Made by a program: the position numbers and the translations under genes. Source: an uncultured Acidobacteriota bacterium (GTDB lineage: Bacteria > Acidobacteriota > Terriglobia > Terriglobales > Acidobacteriaceae). Taken from it: DNA of 64,000 bases. Within the stretch, counting starts at the first letter, position 1. Each line of letters starts with the position of its first letter. Where the stretch lies: positions 127,381 through 191,380 of the forward strand of contig CAWEGL010000001.1 of assembly GCA_963808795.1 (NCBI GenBank). Direction: 5' to 3'. Shown in pieces: positions 20,037-29,873 of the stretch. The notes beneath the pieces were generated by a model, which saw nothing but the letters and a program-made list of their open reading frames with translations, made no database searches and was not told the DNA's origin.

Positions 20037-20334
20037 GCACGAAGCACCTCCGAGACAAGTGTCGCACAACGCCGACGATGGTCGGATTTGGTGTCGGGAC
20101 CGCCGACACGAGGCGGCCCTCGCGACCTTCCTCATGCCTCTTATCTTCCTTCTCTTCAGATGCTTATGCCCTGTCCACCCGCGGGAAGCTCTTCGGAATC
20201 CGAATTGCTTAATCCAAATCGGCCAGCAAATCCGGGTTGGCGGAAACGCGGTACGAAACAAGGCGTATCACGAGACCTGGTGGAGGCGGTCAGTTCGCAG
20301 TCGCGAATGGGACGTTGCGGCAAGGAAGTGGAAC

Positions 20335-21492
20335 GTGAATAAGCCGACCACAGTGGCCAGGAATGAGCGCGCGGAGAAAAAGGAACTGAATCGCCTTACG
20401 CGACAACCGCACCTTCATGCCAGGGGCGCATCGATAACTACGCGTGTCACGGAATCTCTTTGCGCGCTTATCCTCTGCGTGTCTGTCGCCACTTCGGCAA
20501 TCGCACAGCAGATTGTCGCGGCCGGACCGCAGCCAGGAAGTGTAAGCGGCAGTGAAATCGCCGCGCCCGACCCACAGCCGGGAAGCATCATGGGCACCGT
20601 AACCGACACAAACAACGACATTGTTCCAGGCGCCACGGTCGTTTTGGAAAGTCCTACCCCCGGAGAATACCGCACGGCCGTGGCGAAAGACGACGGATCG
20701 TTCTACTTCAATGCACTTAAGCCCGGAATCCCCTACCGCATCACCATCAGCGCCAATGGATTTGTCCATTGGACCTCCCCGACCATCATTCTCAACCCAG
20801 GCCAGTTTGTATTTCTGAAAGACAGCAGCATCGAGATCGCAGGGGGCACGAGCTCGGTGACGGTGTACTCCTCCTCCGCACAGATCGCCGTCCAGCAGGT
20901 CAAGTTCGAGGAACAGCAGCGTGTTCTGGGTTTTGTCCCTAACTTCTATGTGAGCTACGATCCGAACGCCGCGCCAATGCCTGCACGACTTAAGTTCAAG
21001 CTCGCCCTCAGGGCCGATACCGACCCGGTCACCTTCCTGGGAGTAGCCTTCGTCGCCGGCCTCGACCAGGGCGGCGCCACACCCAACTACGGCGGAGGCG
21101 CGGAAGGGTACGGTCAGCGCATGGGCGCGCTTTATGCCAACGGCTTTGCCGACATCATGATCGGCGGCGCCATCCTGCCATCGCTTCTGCACCAGGACCC
21201 ACGCTACTTTTACCAGGGAACGGGCACAACCAGGTCGCGCATTCTACATGCGCTATCCGCGCCCTTCATTTGCAAGGGAGACAACGGGCGGTGGCAGCCG
21301 AACTACTCGAGCGTGGGCGGCGACCTGGCCTCCGGAGCCATCTCCAATGCTTATTATCCCGAATCGAACCGCGGCGCCGGCCTGGTGTTTCAGAACGCGG
21401 CAATCATCACCGGCGGACGCATGGCCAATGGTCTGGTGCAGGAATTCCTTCTGCGCCGGCTAACGCCCAGCGCCAGGAAGCAAAGCTACTAA
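20335..21492 (+). CDS. Exported protein with a carboxypeptidase-regulatory-like domain (family common in Acidobacteria)
   Basis: Signal peptide; GTVTD....VPGATV.L; QRVLGFVPNFY; QDPRYFY. Start uncertain (20335 or 20445). Confidence 0.8.
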   Translation: MNKPTTVARNERAEKKELNRLTRQPHLHARGASITTRVTESLCALILCVSVATSAIAQQIVAAGPQPGSVSGSEIAAPDPQPGSIMGTVTDTNNDIVPGATVVLESPTPGEYRTAVAKDDGSFYFNALKPGIPYRITISANGFVHWTSPTIILNPGQFVFLKDSSIEIAGGTSSVTVYSSSAQIAVQQVKFEEQQRVLGFVPNFYVSYDPNAAPMPARLKFKLALRADTDPVTFLGVAFVAGLDQGGATPNYGGGAEGYGQRMGALYANGFADIMIGGAILPSLLHQDPRYFYQGTGTTRSRILHALSAPFICKGDNGRWQPNYSSVGGDLASGAISNAYYPESNRGAGLVFQNAAIITGGRMANGLVQEFLLRRLTPSARKQSY

Positions 21493-21710
21493 CTCCAGTT
21501 CATCTCATCGATCCCGTCATCCGCTTCATCCATCCATGCGCACTCACATGGGCCTCGATGTGCGGTGGCGCGAACATTCCAGCGCCGCCGGCTTCAGTTG
21601 CGGCGACGATGGCACAACGAAGCGTGACCGCCATCACCGCGCATGCAATCCAGCCATTCTATGCTAATGGCGTAATTGCGGAATTGCTCAAATACGGAGT
21701 AAGCGCCGGG

Positions 21711-22079
21711 ATGACTAATACCATCGGAGAAACATCGTGCGAAATGCTGGGCAACTTCTTTGCCACGCTTGCGCACACCACGCGCATGCGCATCTTCTGC
21801 GCGCTGCAGCACGAGGCGAAAACCGTTACAAAGATTGCCGATGAGGCGGGCATATCCATCACCAATGCGTCGCAGCATCTGCGCTTGATGCGGGACCGCG
21901 GCGCGGTGACCGCGGAAAAACACGCGCAGAGCGTGTACTACCGGATCGCCGATCCGCGGTTCTTGGAGGCGGCGATGTTGATCCGCGCGGCATTGTCGGA
22001 GCGGTTGCGCCAGAGCGCGGATCGTACTTCGGGCCGCGCGCCCCGCCGCGGGACGCAGAGAGTTCTTCAACCCGCGTGA
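21711..22079 (+). CDS. ArsR/SmtB family regulator (BigR/SqrR-like alpha2 Cys)
   Basis: LAHTTRMRIFCAL ... NASQHL ... VYY. Confidence 0.88.
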   Translation: MTNTIGETSCEMLGNFFATLAHTTRMRIFCALQHEAKTVTKIADEAGISITNASQHLRLMRDRGAVTAEKHAQSVYYRIADPRFLEAAMLIRAALSERLRQSADRTSGRAPRRGTQRVLQPA

Positions 22080-22120
22080 GCGCATTGAGCGCGTTTGCGC
22101 AAATCATGGAGGATTGTTCG

Positions 22121-22372
22121 ATGAGCGATGCAGTTGCAACCGTAACCGCCGACAAGGTGATCGACGCGCGGGGAACCGCGTGTCCCGGTCCCCTGCTCGA
22201 GGCCAAGAAGGGCATTGGCGCGGTAAAGGTGGGTCAGATTATCGAGATCAAATCCAACGACAAGGGTTCGCGCAAGGATATCGCTGCGTGGGCCGGCAAA
22301 ATGGGCCACGAGTTTCTCGGCTTCATCGAGGCCGAGGGATACGACCGTCTGCTGGTGCGCAGGAAGAAGTAG
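22121..22372 (+). CDS. tusA: TusA-family sulfur carrier
   Basis: IDARGTACPGP motif; GGAGG RBS. Confidence 0.92.
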   Translation: MSDAVATVTADKVIDARGTACPGPLLEAKKGIGAVKVGQIIEIKSNDKGSRKDIAAWAGKMGHEFLGFIEAEGYDRLLVRRKK

Positions 22373-22466
22373 CTTCTTCCCAAGAGTCGAACGCTCATGC
22401 GCCGGTGTCAGCGGGCCGGCGGCATTTGTGGCGCCCGATGCGGACGATGAAGCGACGAGGTGCGGC

Positions 22467-22961
22467 ATGAGTGAGCCGTTCATAGCGAAGATTCTGGTTC
22501 TGGCTACGGAAAGATGCGCATATCCAGGCGCAGATGCCGTGGGCAAGGCGCACCCGGAATATCCATCCAATGTGTACATTCTCCGCGTGCTTTCGCCGGT
22601 GCTCTTCCCCGAGGATTTCTATCTTAGCTGCTACGGCAAGGGCATCGACGGCATCTTGATTGCAGCCTGCGGCTCCGATTGCCCCTATTGCGGCGCCTAC
22701 GACCGGCTGGCTGCGCGAATCGACTCGCTGACTTCCCGGATGAGTGCAGGCAAGCTGGGAATTGAGCGCATTCGCCTCACCGCCATTTGCACGGTGTGCA
22801 TCAAAGCATTTCTCAAAGAAGTGGCGATGATGGGCGAGGCTCTTCAGCGGCTCGGACCGGTGGACCGGCCCCTGGCAGAGCGGCTGCGGTGCGAGTCGGT
22901 AGAGCGCCTACAGTCGGCCGCCCGCACTCCGCAGTTTGCCGCGGCGCACGGAGGGCTGTGA
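22467..22961 (+). CDS. MvhD/FlpD-like iron-sulfur subunit with a variant Cys set
   Basis: CAYPGAD, GIDGILIAACGSDCPY, ERIRL. Confidence 0.82.
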   Translation: MSEPFIAKILVLATERCAYPGADAVGKAHPEYPSNVYILRVLSPVLFPEDFYLSCYGKGIDGILIAACGSDCPYCGAYDRLAARIDSLTSRMSAGKLGIERIRLTAICTVCIKAFLKEVAMMGEALQRLGPVDRPLAERLRCESVERLQSAARTPQFAAAHGGL

Positions 22962-24274
22962 TGAACACTCACATCGACTCCAACTACGCGCCGGATGTGC
23001 TTGTGGTAGGAGGCGGAATCGCCGGGCTGCAATCGGCGCTCGATCTGGCCGACCAGGGGCTGAAGGTGCTTGTGGTGGAACGGCAGGCGAGCATCGGCGG
23101 ACACATGATCGGGCTCAGCAAAGTGTTTCCCACGCTGGACTGCGCAAGCTGCATCACCACGCCGAAGATGTCCGCTGCGGCGCATCACGAGAACATCGCC
23201 ATCCTTACTAACACCGAAGTGGAGGGTATCGAATCTACAAACGGAGTGCACCGCATGAGGCTTCTGCAGAAGCCTACTTATGTGAACTTCGACAAATGTG
23301 TCGGCTGCCGATTGTGCGAATACGCCTGCGATACGGAGTATCCCGATCCCTTCGAGGAGGGATTGGGCGCGGTGCGGGCCATCGCCGTTCCGTTTACGAA
23401 TGCGATTCCTCAGAAGGCCGTGTTGGATGCCGAGCATTGCGGCACCTGCGGGATCTGCGCGCGCGTTTGTCCGACGGAGGCGATCGAGTTCGACCAGCAG
23501 CCGCGGCGGCTGACGATTCAGACGGATGCGGTCATTTTGGCTTCGGGGTTCCGCCTGAATGCGATGACCGTGAAGTCGCAGTACAACGCTGCGCACAGCA
23601 GGAACATTGTTTCGCCGCTCACGCTGGAGCGGCTGCTGGCGCCGCACGGACCGTATGGCCGCGTGTTGCGGCCTTCGGACGGCAAGATTCCCTCTTCGAT
23701 TGCGTTCGTGCAATGCGCAGGGTCGCGCGATGAATCGATTGGCGTGCCCTATTGCTCGCGGGTCTGCTGCATGTACGCGATCAAGCAGGCCATGTTGCTT
23801 TCGGGCGCGCTGCCGCTGGCCGACATCGCGATCTACTACATGGACATTCGCGCCTTCGGCAAGGGGTACGAGCAGTTCTATCAGAACGCAAGGGCGATGG
23901 GCATCAACTTTGTGCGCGGCAAGGTGGCGCGCATTCAGCCAGTGGATAGCGGGGATCTGCTGCTGCGCCTGGAGAGCACGGAAGACGCGGAGAACCCATT
24001 GGCGGAGCACCGGCACGACCTGGTGGTGCTGGCGCAGGGGATGATTCCGGGCTGGAATCCAGGGGACGCCACGCCGGTTGCGTGCGCCAGCGACGGCTTT
24101 GTGTCCACGCCGGCGTTGACTGCGCCCACGGCGACCACGGCGCCGGGCATCTTTGTGGCGGGCGCGGCGTCGGGACCGAAGGACATTGTGGACACCATTG
24201 CCGAGGCGGGCGCGGCGGCCATGCAGGCCAGCGAGTACCTCTACCAAAAGAGGGCCGAGGTCCTGGCAGGGTAA
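22961..24274 (+). CDS. HdrA/QmoA-like flavoprotein lacking the HdrA N-terminal domain
   Basis: GGGIAG FAD motif, VFPTLDCASC, two CxxCxxCxxxC, QCAGSRD, YCSRVCC. Confidence 0.92.
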   Translation: MNTHIDSNYAPDVLVVGGGIAGLQSALDLADQGLKVLVVERQASIGGHMIGLSKVFPTLDCASCITTPKMSAAAHHENIAILTNTEVEGIESTNGVHRMRLLQKPTYVNFDKCVGCRLCEYACDTEYPDPFEEGLGAVRAIAVPFTNAIPQKAVLDAEHCGTCGICARVCPTEAIEFDQQPRRLTIQTDAVILASGFRLNAMTVKSQYNAAHSRNIVSPLTLERLLAPHGPYGRVLRPSDGKIPSSIAFVQCAGSRDESIGVPYCSRVCCMYAIKQAMLLSGALPLADIAIYYMDIRAFGKGYEQFYQNARAMGINFVRGKVARIQPVDSGDLLLRLESTEDAENPLAEHRHDLVVLAQGMIPGWNPGDATPVACASDGFVSTPALTAPTATTAPGIFVAGAASGPKDIVDTIAEAGAAAMQASEYLYQKRAEVLAG

Positions 24275-24307
24275 GACGCAATCGGGGGAGCGCACGAGAG
24301 GCGGGCG

Positions 24308-26203
24308 ATGAGCGAGAGCGATCGAAAGCGCAAGGATGAGCGGCACGGCGGAGACGAGAAGCTGCGCATCGGCGTGTACATCTGCCGCTGCGGCGGAAAC
24401 ATCTCCGACGTGGTCGACGTGGAGCGCGTGGCGGAGACGGTGCGGTCGATACCCGGCGTGGCCACCGCGAAAGTGCACACCTTTGTCTGCTCCGACCCCG
24501 GCCAACAGACGATCTCGAACGACATCCTCGAGGAGAGTCTCGACCGCGTTGTTGTGGCCTCGTGCTCGCCCTTCCTGCACGAGCAGACCTTCCGCGGCGC
24601 CGTCTCGCGCGGCGGCATGAATCCTTATCTCTACGAGCACGTGAACATCCGCGAGCAGGCGTCGTGGGCGCACAAGCACGATCCGGCTGGCGCAACCGCC
24701 AAGGCCATCCGCCTGATCGCCGCGGCGGTAGGCAAGCTACGGCACGCCACGCCTCTCGAACAAATCAAGCTGCCCAATCACCGGCGCGCATTGGTCATCG
24801 GCGGAGGCATTGCGGGAATGAAAGCGGCTTCCGATTTGGCCGGGCGCGGAATTAAGGTGCTGCTGGTGGAAACTTCGCAGCGGCTTGGAGGGTGGGTCAA
24901 CGAGGTGGGCCGCATCTACCCCAGCGAGCGCTCCGCCGATGAGCTGGTCCGCGAGTTGGAGCGCCAGGTGCGTCAGAACCCCAACATTGAAGTCCTACTT
25001 GAAAGCAAAGTCGTCACGGTGAGCGGTTTCATCGGCAACTTCAAGGTTGCGGTGGAGTCTGTGCGCGGCGATGCGGTCGCGCCACGGGTCGAGCCGAGGG
25101 CCGAAGCGACGGTGGGCGCCATCGTGATGGCGACGGGCTTTCGTCCTTACGTGCCACGGGACGGCGAATTCCTGTATAAGGCCGACCGCCATGTGCTGAC
25201 CATGCCGGAGTTTATCCGCCACATGCGGACCGTGGACCCCGCTGCGCGCCGGCTCGCCTTTGGCAACTGCGAGATCCGCAAGATTGCGTTTCTCCACTGC
25301 GTGGGCAGCCGGCAACTGGACGGCGTTCACGAGCCGCCACCGGGCGGAAAGCTGAACACCTACTGCTCGCGCACATGCTGCACCACGATCCTGCAGCAGG
25401 CGCTTGCGGTGCGCAGGCAGTTTCCGCGGGTCGGCGTCTTCGACTTCCATCGCGACATCCGCAGCTACGGCCGCGGCGAAGAGAGCTATTACACCGAGGC
25501 AAGCAAGGCTGGCGTGGTCTTCTTCTGCTACAACGGCGAAGAGCCTCCGCGCGTGGAGAAAACCGCTCCGGATCGGGCGCGAGACGGCGCGCTCTCCGTC
25601 ACCGTGAAGGATGCGCTCACATGGGGCGAGGAACTCACCGTCCCCGTGGATCTGGTTGTGCTCGGCGTGGGGATGATGCCGGGGCCGATAGGGGACCTTA
25701 TCGAACAAATGAAGCTGCCAACGGGCGAGGACGGGTTCCTCCAGGAGGTCCATCCCAAGCTGCGGCCGGTGGAGATGTCTGTAAACGGCGTGCTGCTGGC
25801 GGGCACGGCGCAGGGGCCGATGAATATCCAGGAGACGCTAGCCGCCGCCGGGGCAGCGGCTGCGAAGGCCGCGGCGATGTTCGCCAAAAAGGACGTGGAG
25901 CTGAATCCGCATGTGGCCGTCGTGGACCTTGCGCTCTGCCGCGGCGAGGCGCAGTGCGTCACGCAGTGCGATTACGAGGGCGCGCTGAAGATGGTTTCGA
26001 TGGAATTGGATGGCGAAACCATCGCGCACGCGCAGGTGAATGCCGGGCTGTGCGTTGGCTGCGGCGCGTGCGTTGCCGTGTGCCCCCACCGCGCCATCGA
26101 CCTGAACGGCTGGCGCATTGACCAGTACGAGGCCATGGTCGACGGTATTGCGGCCGGGATTCCCGGCCAGGAATGCCCAGCCGATCTGGTGGCCATTCAC
26201 TAA
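24308..26203 (+). CDS. Second HdrA-like flavoprotein with N-terminal domain and C-terminal ferredoxin
   Basis: GVYICRCGGNI, ASCSP, NIREQ, GGGIAG, HCVGSR, YCSRTCC, CVGCGACVAVCP. Confidence 0.92.
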   Translation: MSESDRKRKDERHGGDEKLRIGVYICRCGGNISDVVDVERVAETVRSIPGVATAKVHTFVCSDPGQQTISNDILEESLDRVVVASCSPFLHEQTFRGAVSRGGMNPYLYEHVNIREQASWAHKHDPAGATAKAIRLIAAAVGKLRHATPLEQIKLPNHRRALVIGGGIAGMKAASDLAGRGIKVLLVETSQRLGGWVNEVGRIYPSERSADELVRELERQVRQNPNIEVLLESKVVTVSGFIGNFKVAVESVRGDAVAPRVEPRAEATVGAIVMATGFRPYVPRDGEFLYKADRHVLTMPEFIRHMRTVDPAARRLAFGNCEIRKIAFLHCVGSRQLDGVHEPPPGGKLNTYCSRTCCTTILQQALAVRRQFPRVGVFDFHRDIRSYGRGEESYYTEASKAGVVFFCYNGEEPPRVEKTAPDRARDGALSVTVKDALTWGEELTVPVDLVVLGVGMMPGPIGDLIEQMKLPTGEDGFLQEVHPKLRPVEMSVNGVLLAGTAQGPMNIQETLAAAGAAAAKAAAMFAKKDVELNPHVAVVDLALCRGEAQCVTQCDYEGALKMVSMELDGETIAHAQVNAGLCVGCGACVAVCPHRAIDLNGWRIDQYEAMVDGIAAGIPGQECPADLVAIH

Positions 26204-26223
26204 CGGCAGAGAGGAGACGAGCC

Positions 26224-26541
26224 ATGGCAATGAGGGCGCTGACTCAGGAGCAGAAAAAGGCGTTGGCCGCATTGCGCCAACGCATCGGCGGCATCGGCGA
26301 AGAGAAGCGCCAGGCGCAGCGGCATCTTATGACCGCGCGCAAGTCGATCCTGAAGTTTTTAGAGGCGAAGCCCGCAACCGTTCCGCAGATCGCCCGGGCG
26401 CTTGAGATGCCTGCCGATGAGGCGCTGTGGCATGTAACGGGAATGCGCAAGTACGGGAAGGTCATCGAGACCGGCGAAGACGGCGACTATCCGCTTTACG
26501 CGCCGGTCGTCTTTGAAGAACAGGCTGCGGCCGGGCACTGA
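26224..26541 (+). CDS. Small winged-helix-like protein
   Basis: ATVPQIARALEMP...WHVTGMRKYGKV; located inside the operon. Confidence 0.65.
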   Translation: MAMRALTQEQKKALAALRQRIGGIGEEKRQAQRHLMTARKSILKFLEAKPATVPQIARALEMPADEALWHVTGMRKYGKVIETGEDGDYPLYAPVVFEEQAAAGH

Positions 26542-26554
26542 GAGAAGGTTCGAC

Positions 26555-27727
26555 ATGGCGCGCATTGTGGATAGCTCGTTGTTGCGGAAGATCGAGCTGC
26601 ACGGAGCCGGGGGCGCTCTGGATGTGGGCGCCTGCTTCAACTGCGGGAACTGCACGGCGGTGTGCCCCCTGGCCGAGGATACGGGCGGCTTTCCGCGGCG
26701 CATGATCCGCATGGCCCAGGTGGGGATGGAACGCGAACTGCTGGCCGGCGAAGACTTGTGGCGCTGCTACGCATGCGGCGAGTGCACGCGCACCTGTCCG
26801 CGCCAGGCCGACCCGGCTGAATTCATGGCCGCCGCGCGCAGCTACGCCATCTCGCGTTACGACTTTACCGGGCTCGCAGGGCTGGTGAATCGCTCCGCAT
26901 TCGGCAATCTGCTCGTCTTCGCTCTCTTTTCCGTGATCTTTGAGTTTGTTCTCTCGATCGAAGCGAATCCCGTGGGACCGCAGGCCGCGCTCTTCGACTT
27001 TCTTCCAGGATGGTGGGTTCACTCGATTGGCGTGGCGCTCTTTGCGGTTGTGGGCCTCAGCATGATTTTCGGAATGGCCTCGATGTGCGCGCACTTCCGG
27101 GCCGTACGCTGCCGCGAAGGTTCGGCGATGCGGCTCGCGGCGTTTCCGGGCGCCGCGATTTCGGGCCTCCTCGACGCGCTGCTGCATAGGCGCTTCCGGC
27201 AGTGTACCTCGGCCCAAGACGCCGCGGATTCGCCTAAAGAGCCCATCCTTCTGCGCACGTGGTTCGTGCATGCAACAGTAATGGGCGGCTTTCTGGCCAT
27301 GCTGCTCGCCACCACCCTCGACTATCTCTTCAAGCCCATCGGCTCGCCGGTCCCGCCTTGGTATCCGGTGCGCCTGCTCGGCGCCGTGGGCGGCGTGGTG
27401 TGCCTCTACGGCCTCACCGTCGTTCTGGTGCGCCGTCTTCGAGCCCGGGACGTTCCCTGGCGCAAGAGCGCATTATCCGACTGGTTCTTTCCCTTGCTGC
27501 TTTACGCCACGGTGCTCACCGGACTGGCAACGGAGCTTGCCGTCTATCTGCCTTTGGGCACGCTTGGCCATGCGGTCTTCTTCGTCCACGTGGTGCTGGC
27601 CATGGACCTGATCGCAATGCTGCCGCTCACAAAGTTTGCTCATGTGCTCTACCGCACGCTGGCGCTGGTTTTGTTTTCATGGCAGCGCGCGTCGGTGCGG
27701 ATAACCGCGGCCGACGCGCAGGCTTAG
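26555..27727 (+). CDS. QmoC-like protein: HdrC-type 2x[4Fe-4S] plus a heme-b-type membrane domain
   Basis: CFNCGNCTAVCP and CYACGECTRTCP, then about 6 TM helices with His residues (FVHA, VHVV, FAHV). Confidence 0.85.
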   Translation: MARIVDSSLLRKIELHGAGGALDVGACFNCGNCTAVCPLAEDTGGFPRRMIRMAQVGMERELLAGEDLWRCYACGECTRTCPRQADPAEFMAAARSYAISRYDFTGLAGLVNRSAFGNLLVFALFSVIFEFVLSIEANPVGPQAALFDFLPGWWVHSIGVALFAVVGLSMIFGMASMCAHFRAVRCREGSAMRLAAFPGAAISGLLDALLHRRFRQCTSAQDAADSPKEPILLRTWFVHATVMGGFLAMLLATTLDYLFKPIGSPVPPWYPVRLLGAVGGVVCLYGLTVVLVRRLRARDVPWRKSALSDWFFPLLLYATVLTGLATELAVYLPLGTLGHAVFFVHVVLAMDLIAMLPLTKFAHVLYRTLALVLFSWQRASVRITAADAQA

Positions 27728-27765
27728 CGTCTCGATGTCCGTTTTCTTGAAAGGAGCTGAAAAAC

Positions 27766-28326
27766 ATGACCGAAACAGCAACCGCACCCGATCTGCAACA
27801 GGCGATCGAGCAGTTGACGGCGCGCGTCGATGCGCTTGAGCAATCCGCCGGCAACGGGAGGCTCTCCATCGGCGTGATGAGCGGCAACCTGGATACGACC
27901 ATGGCCGCGTTCATCATCGCGCTTGGCGCCGTGGCCTACGACCTGGAAGTGGATATGTTCTTTACCTTCTGGGCCACCGCGGCGCTGCGCGATCCGAAGA
28001 AGTCGCCGCACAAGGGATTTCTCGACAGAATGTTCGGCTGGATGCTGCCACGCAGCTCCTACGTCCTGCCGCTCTCCAAGATGCAAATGGCCGGCATCGG
28101 ACCCAGGATGATCCGCTCGGTGATGAAGTCGCGCGGCGTCAAGTCTCTCGAACAACTGATGAAGGATGCCGCCGAGTTCGGGGTTCGCATCCACGTCTGC
28201 GAGATGTCGATGGGCGTGATGGGGCTAAAGGAGGAGGAGATGATCGACTACCCCGGCATCGACTACGTGGGCGTAGGTTCGTTCATTCAGATGATCGGCG
28301 AATCGAAGCAGGTTGTGTTCCTATGA
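27766..28326 (+). CDS. DsrE/DsrF/DrsH-like sulfurtransferase
   Basis: MFFTFWA..ALR ... HVCEMSMGVMG. Confidence 0.88.
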   Translation: MTETATAPDLQQAIEQLTARVDALEQSAGNGRLSIGVMSGNLDTTMAAFIIALGAVAYDLEVDMFFTFWATAALRDPKKSPHKGFLDRMFGWMLPRSSYVLPLSKMQMAGIGPRMIRSVMKSRGVKSLEQLMKDAAEFGVRIHVCEMSMGVMGLKEEEMIDYPGIDYVGVGSFIQMIGESKQVVFL

Positions 28327-28467
28327 CAGCGAAGTTCACAAATCGCACATCCGCAAGTCAATCGCCGGGAGCTACCCCGTGTCCTCATTGCGATCTCGGA
28401 CTCTCGGTGGCTTTTGCGGTCGCATCTTTGCAAGGCGCCAAATTTCAAGAGCAGAGGTTATCCGGCT

Positions 28468-29778
28468 ATGGCATCGAACAGTCTCACAATCACAGACAAT
28501 CGTACAGATCGCACTTACACATTGCCCATTGAGAACGGAACGGTCCGGTCCACGGACATGCGTCAGATTCGGACCGACGACGAGGATTTCGGGCTCATGA
28601 TGTACGATCCAGCGTTCGTGAACACGGCCTCCTGCCGGAGCAATATCACTTTCATCGACGGCGAGCGGGGCATCCTCGAGTATCGTGGCTATCCGATCGA
28701 AGTGCTCGCAGAGCACTGCACGTTTCTCGAAGTTGCCTATCTGTTGCTTTTCGGAGAACTGCCGAATGAAGCGGAACTCAAGAGCTGGGTATATGAAATC
28801 ACGCTCCACACCATGTTGCACGAGACGACCAGGAAATTCATGGAGGGCTTCCGCTACGATGCGCATCCCATGTCCATGCTGGTGAGCACCGTGGCGGCGC
28901 TGTCCACGGTATATCCGGAAGCGAAGAACGTTTACGATCCTGCCAACCGCTTGCGCCAGATCAAGCGGCTGATTGCCAAGATGCCAACCATGGCCGCCAT
29001 GTCCTATCGCCACAGCGTAGGATTCCCTTACGTCTACCCCGACAACGATCTGAGCTATACCGAAAACTTCATGAACATGCTGTGGAGGATGGTGGAGCCG
29101 AAGTATGCGGCCAACCCGGTCCTAGCCAGGGCGCTGGACATTCTCTTCATCCTGCACGCCGACCATGAGCAGAATTGCAGCACCAACGCGATGCGCTCGG
29201 TGGGCAGCTCGGAAGCGGATCCTTACCTTTCCGTCGCCGCCGCCGCGGCGGCTCTGTCGGGGCCGCTGCATGGCGGCGCAAACGAGCAAGTTCTCAAAAT
29301 GCTCGCCGAGATAGGCACGAAAGACAACGTGCCGGCCTATATTCGGAGTGTGAAAGAGGGGCACGGCAAGTTGATGGGCTTCGGACACCGTGTGTACAAG
29401 AATTACGACCCGCGCGCCAAAATCATCAAGTGGACGGCCGAACAGGTATTTCAGGTCACGGGGCGGAATCCCAAGCTCGATATCGCCCTGGAGCTGGAGA
29501 AGATCGCACTGGAGGACGAATATTTCGTCAGCCGAAAGCTATATCCCAACGTCGACTTTTACTCCGGGATCATCTACCAGGCCATGGGTTTCAAGCCGGA
29601 ACTGTTTACCGTGCTTTTTGCCATTCCGCGAACGGTCGGCTGGCTGGCTCAATGGGAGGAAATGCACGTGGACCCCGAACGGAAGATTGCGCGTCCGCGG
29701 CAGATCTACGCGGGGCAACGTGCGCGCCGTTTTCTTCCCCTGGAAGAGCGCCAGACCGTCGGCGCGTCGAAGGGATAG
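28468..29778 (+). CDS. gltA: Citrate synthase
   Basis: [44 protein letters not shown]. Confidence 0.96.
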   Translation: MASNSLTITDNRTDRTYTLPIENGTVRSTDMRQIRTDDEDFGLMMYDPAFVNTASCRSNITFIDGERGILEYRGYPIEVLAEHCTFLEVAYLLLFGELPNEAELKSWVYEITLHTMLHETTRKFMEGFRYDAHPMSMLVSTVAALSTVYPEAKNVYDPANRLRQIKRLIAKMPTMAAMSYRHSVGFPYVYPDNDLSYTENFMNMLWRMVEPKYAANPVLARALDILFILHADHEQNCSTNAMRSVGSSEADPYLSVAAAAAALSGPLHGGANEQVLKMLAEIGTKDNVPAYIRSVKEGHGKLMGFGHRVYKNYDPRAKIIKWTAEQVFQVTGRNPKLDIALELEKIALEDEYFVSRKLYPNVDFYSGIIYQAMGFKPELFTVLFAIPRTVGWLAQWEEMHVDPERKIARPRQIYAGQRARRFLPLEERQTVGASKG

Positions 29779-29873
29779 CTTTTTGCCTGCCGGGCACGGA
29801 AATGGCTGGGCCGCAGCGACCGCTCGCGCCAGCGGGAGCACGTCGGAGGAATCGAGCGGAGGAGGTGGTAACG

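Noticed and set aside
22844-25753. Antisense ORFs 22844..24679 and 24995..25753
   Set aside because: Shadows of the hdrA-like genes.
22467-27727. Calling this canonical qmoABC or evidence of sulfate reduction
   Set aside because: MvhD is separate rather than fused to QmoB, and no sat, aprAB or dsrAB is in the window.
28323-28532. Small ORF with CPHC between dsrE and gltA
   Set aside because: It overlaps the gltA start out of frame, and no family was recognised.
29790-29810. Sigma54 promoter-like GGGCACG-N4-TGGCT before mdh
   Set aside because: Spacing fits but both elements deviate, so it is too weak in GC-rich DNA.
29175-29873. 233-aa N-terminal extension of mdh
   Set aside because: It overlaps gltA in another frame; a GGAGG RBS supports ATG 29874.
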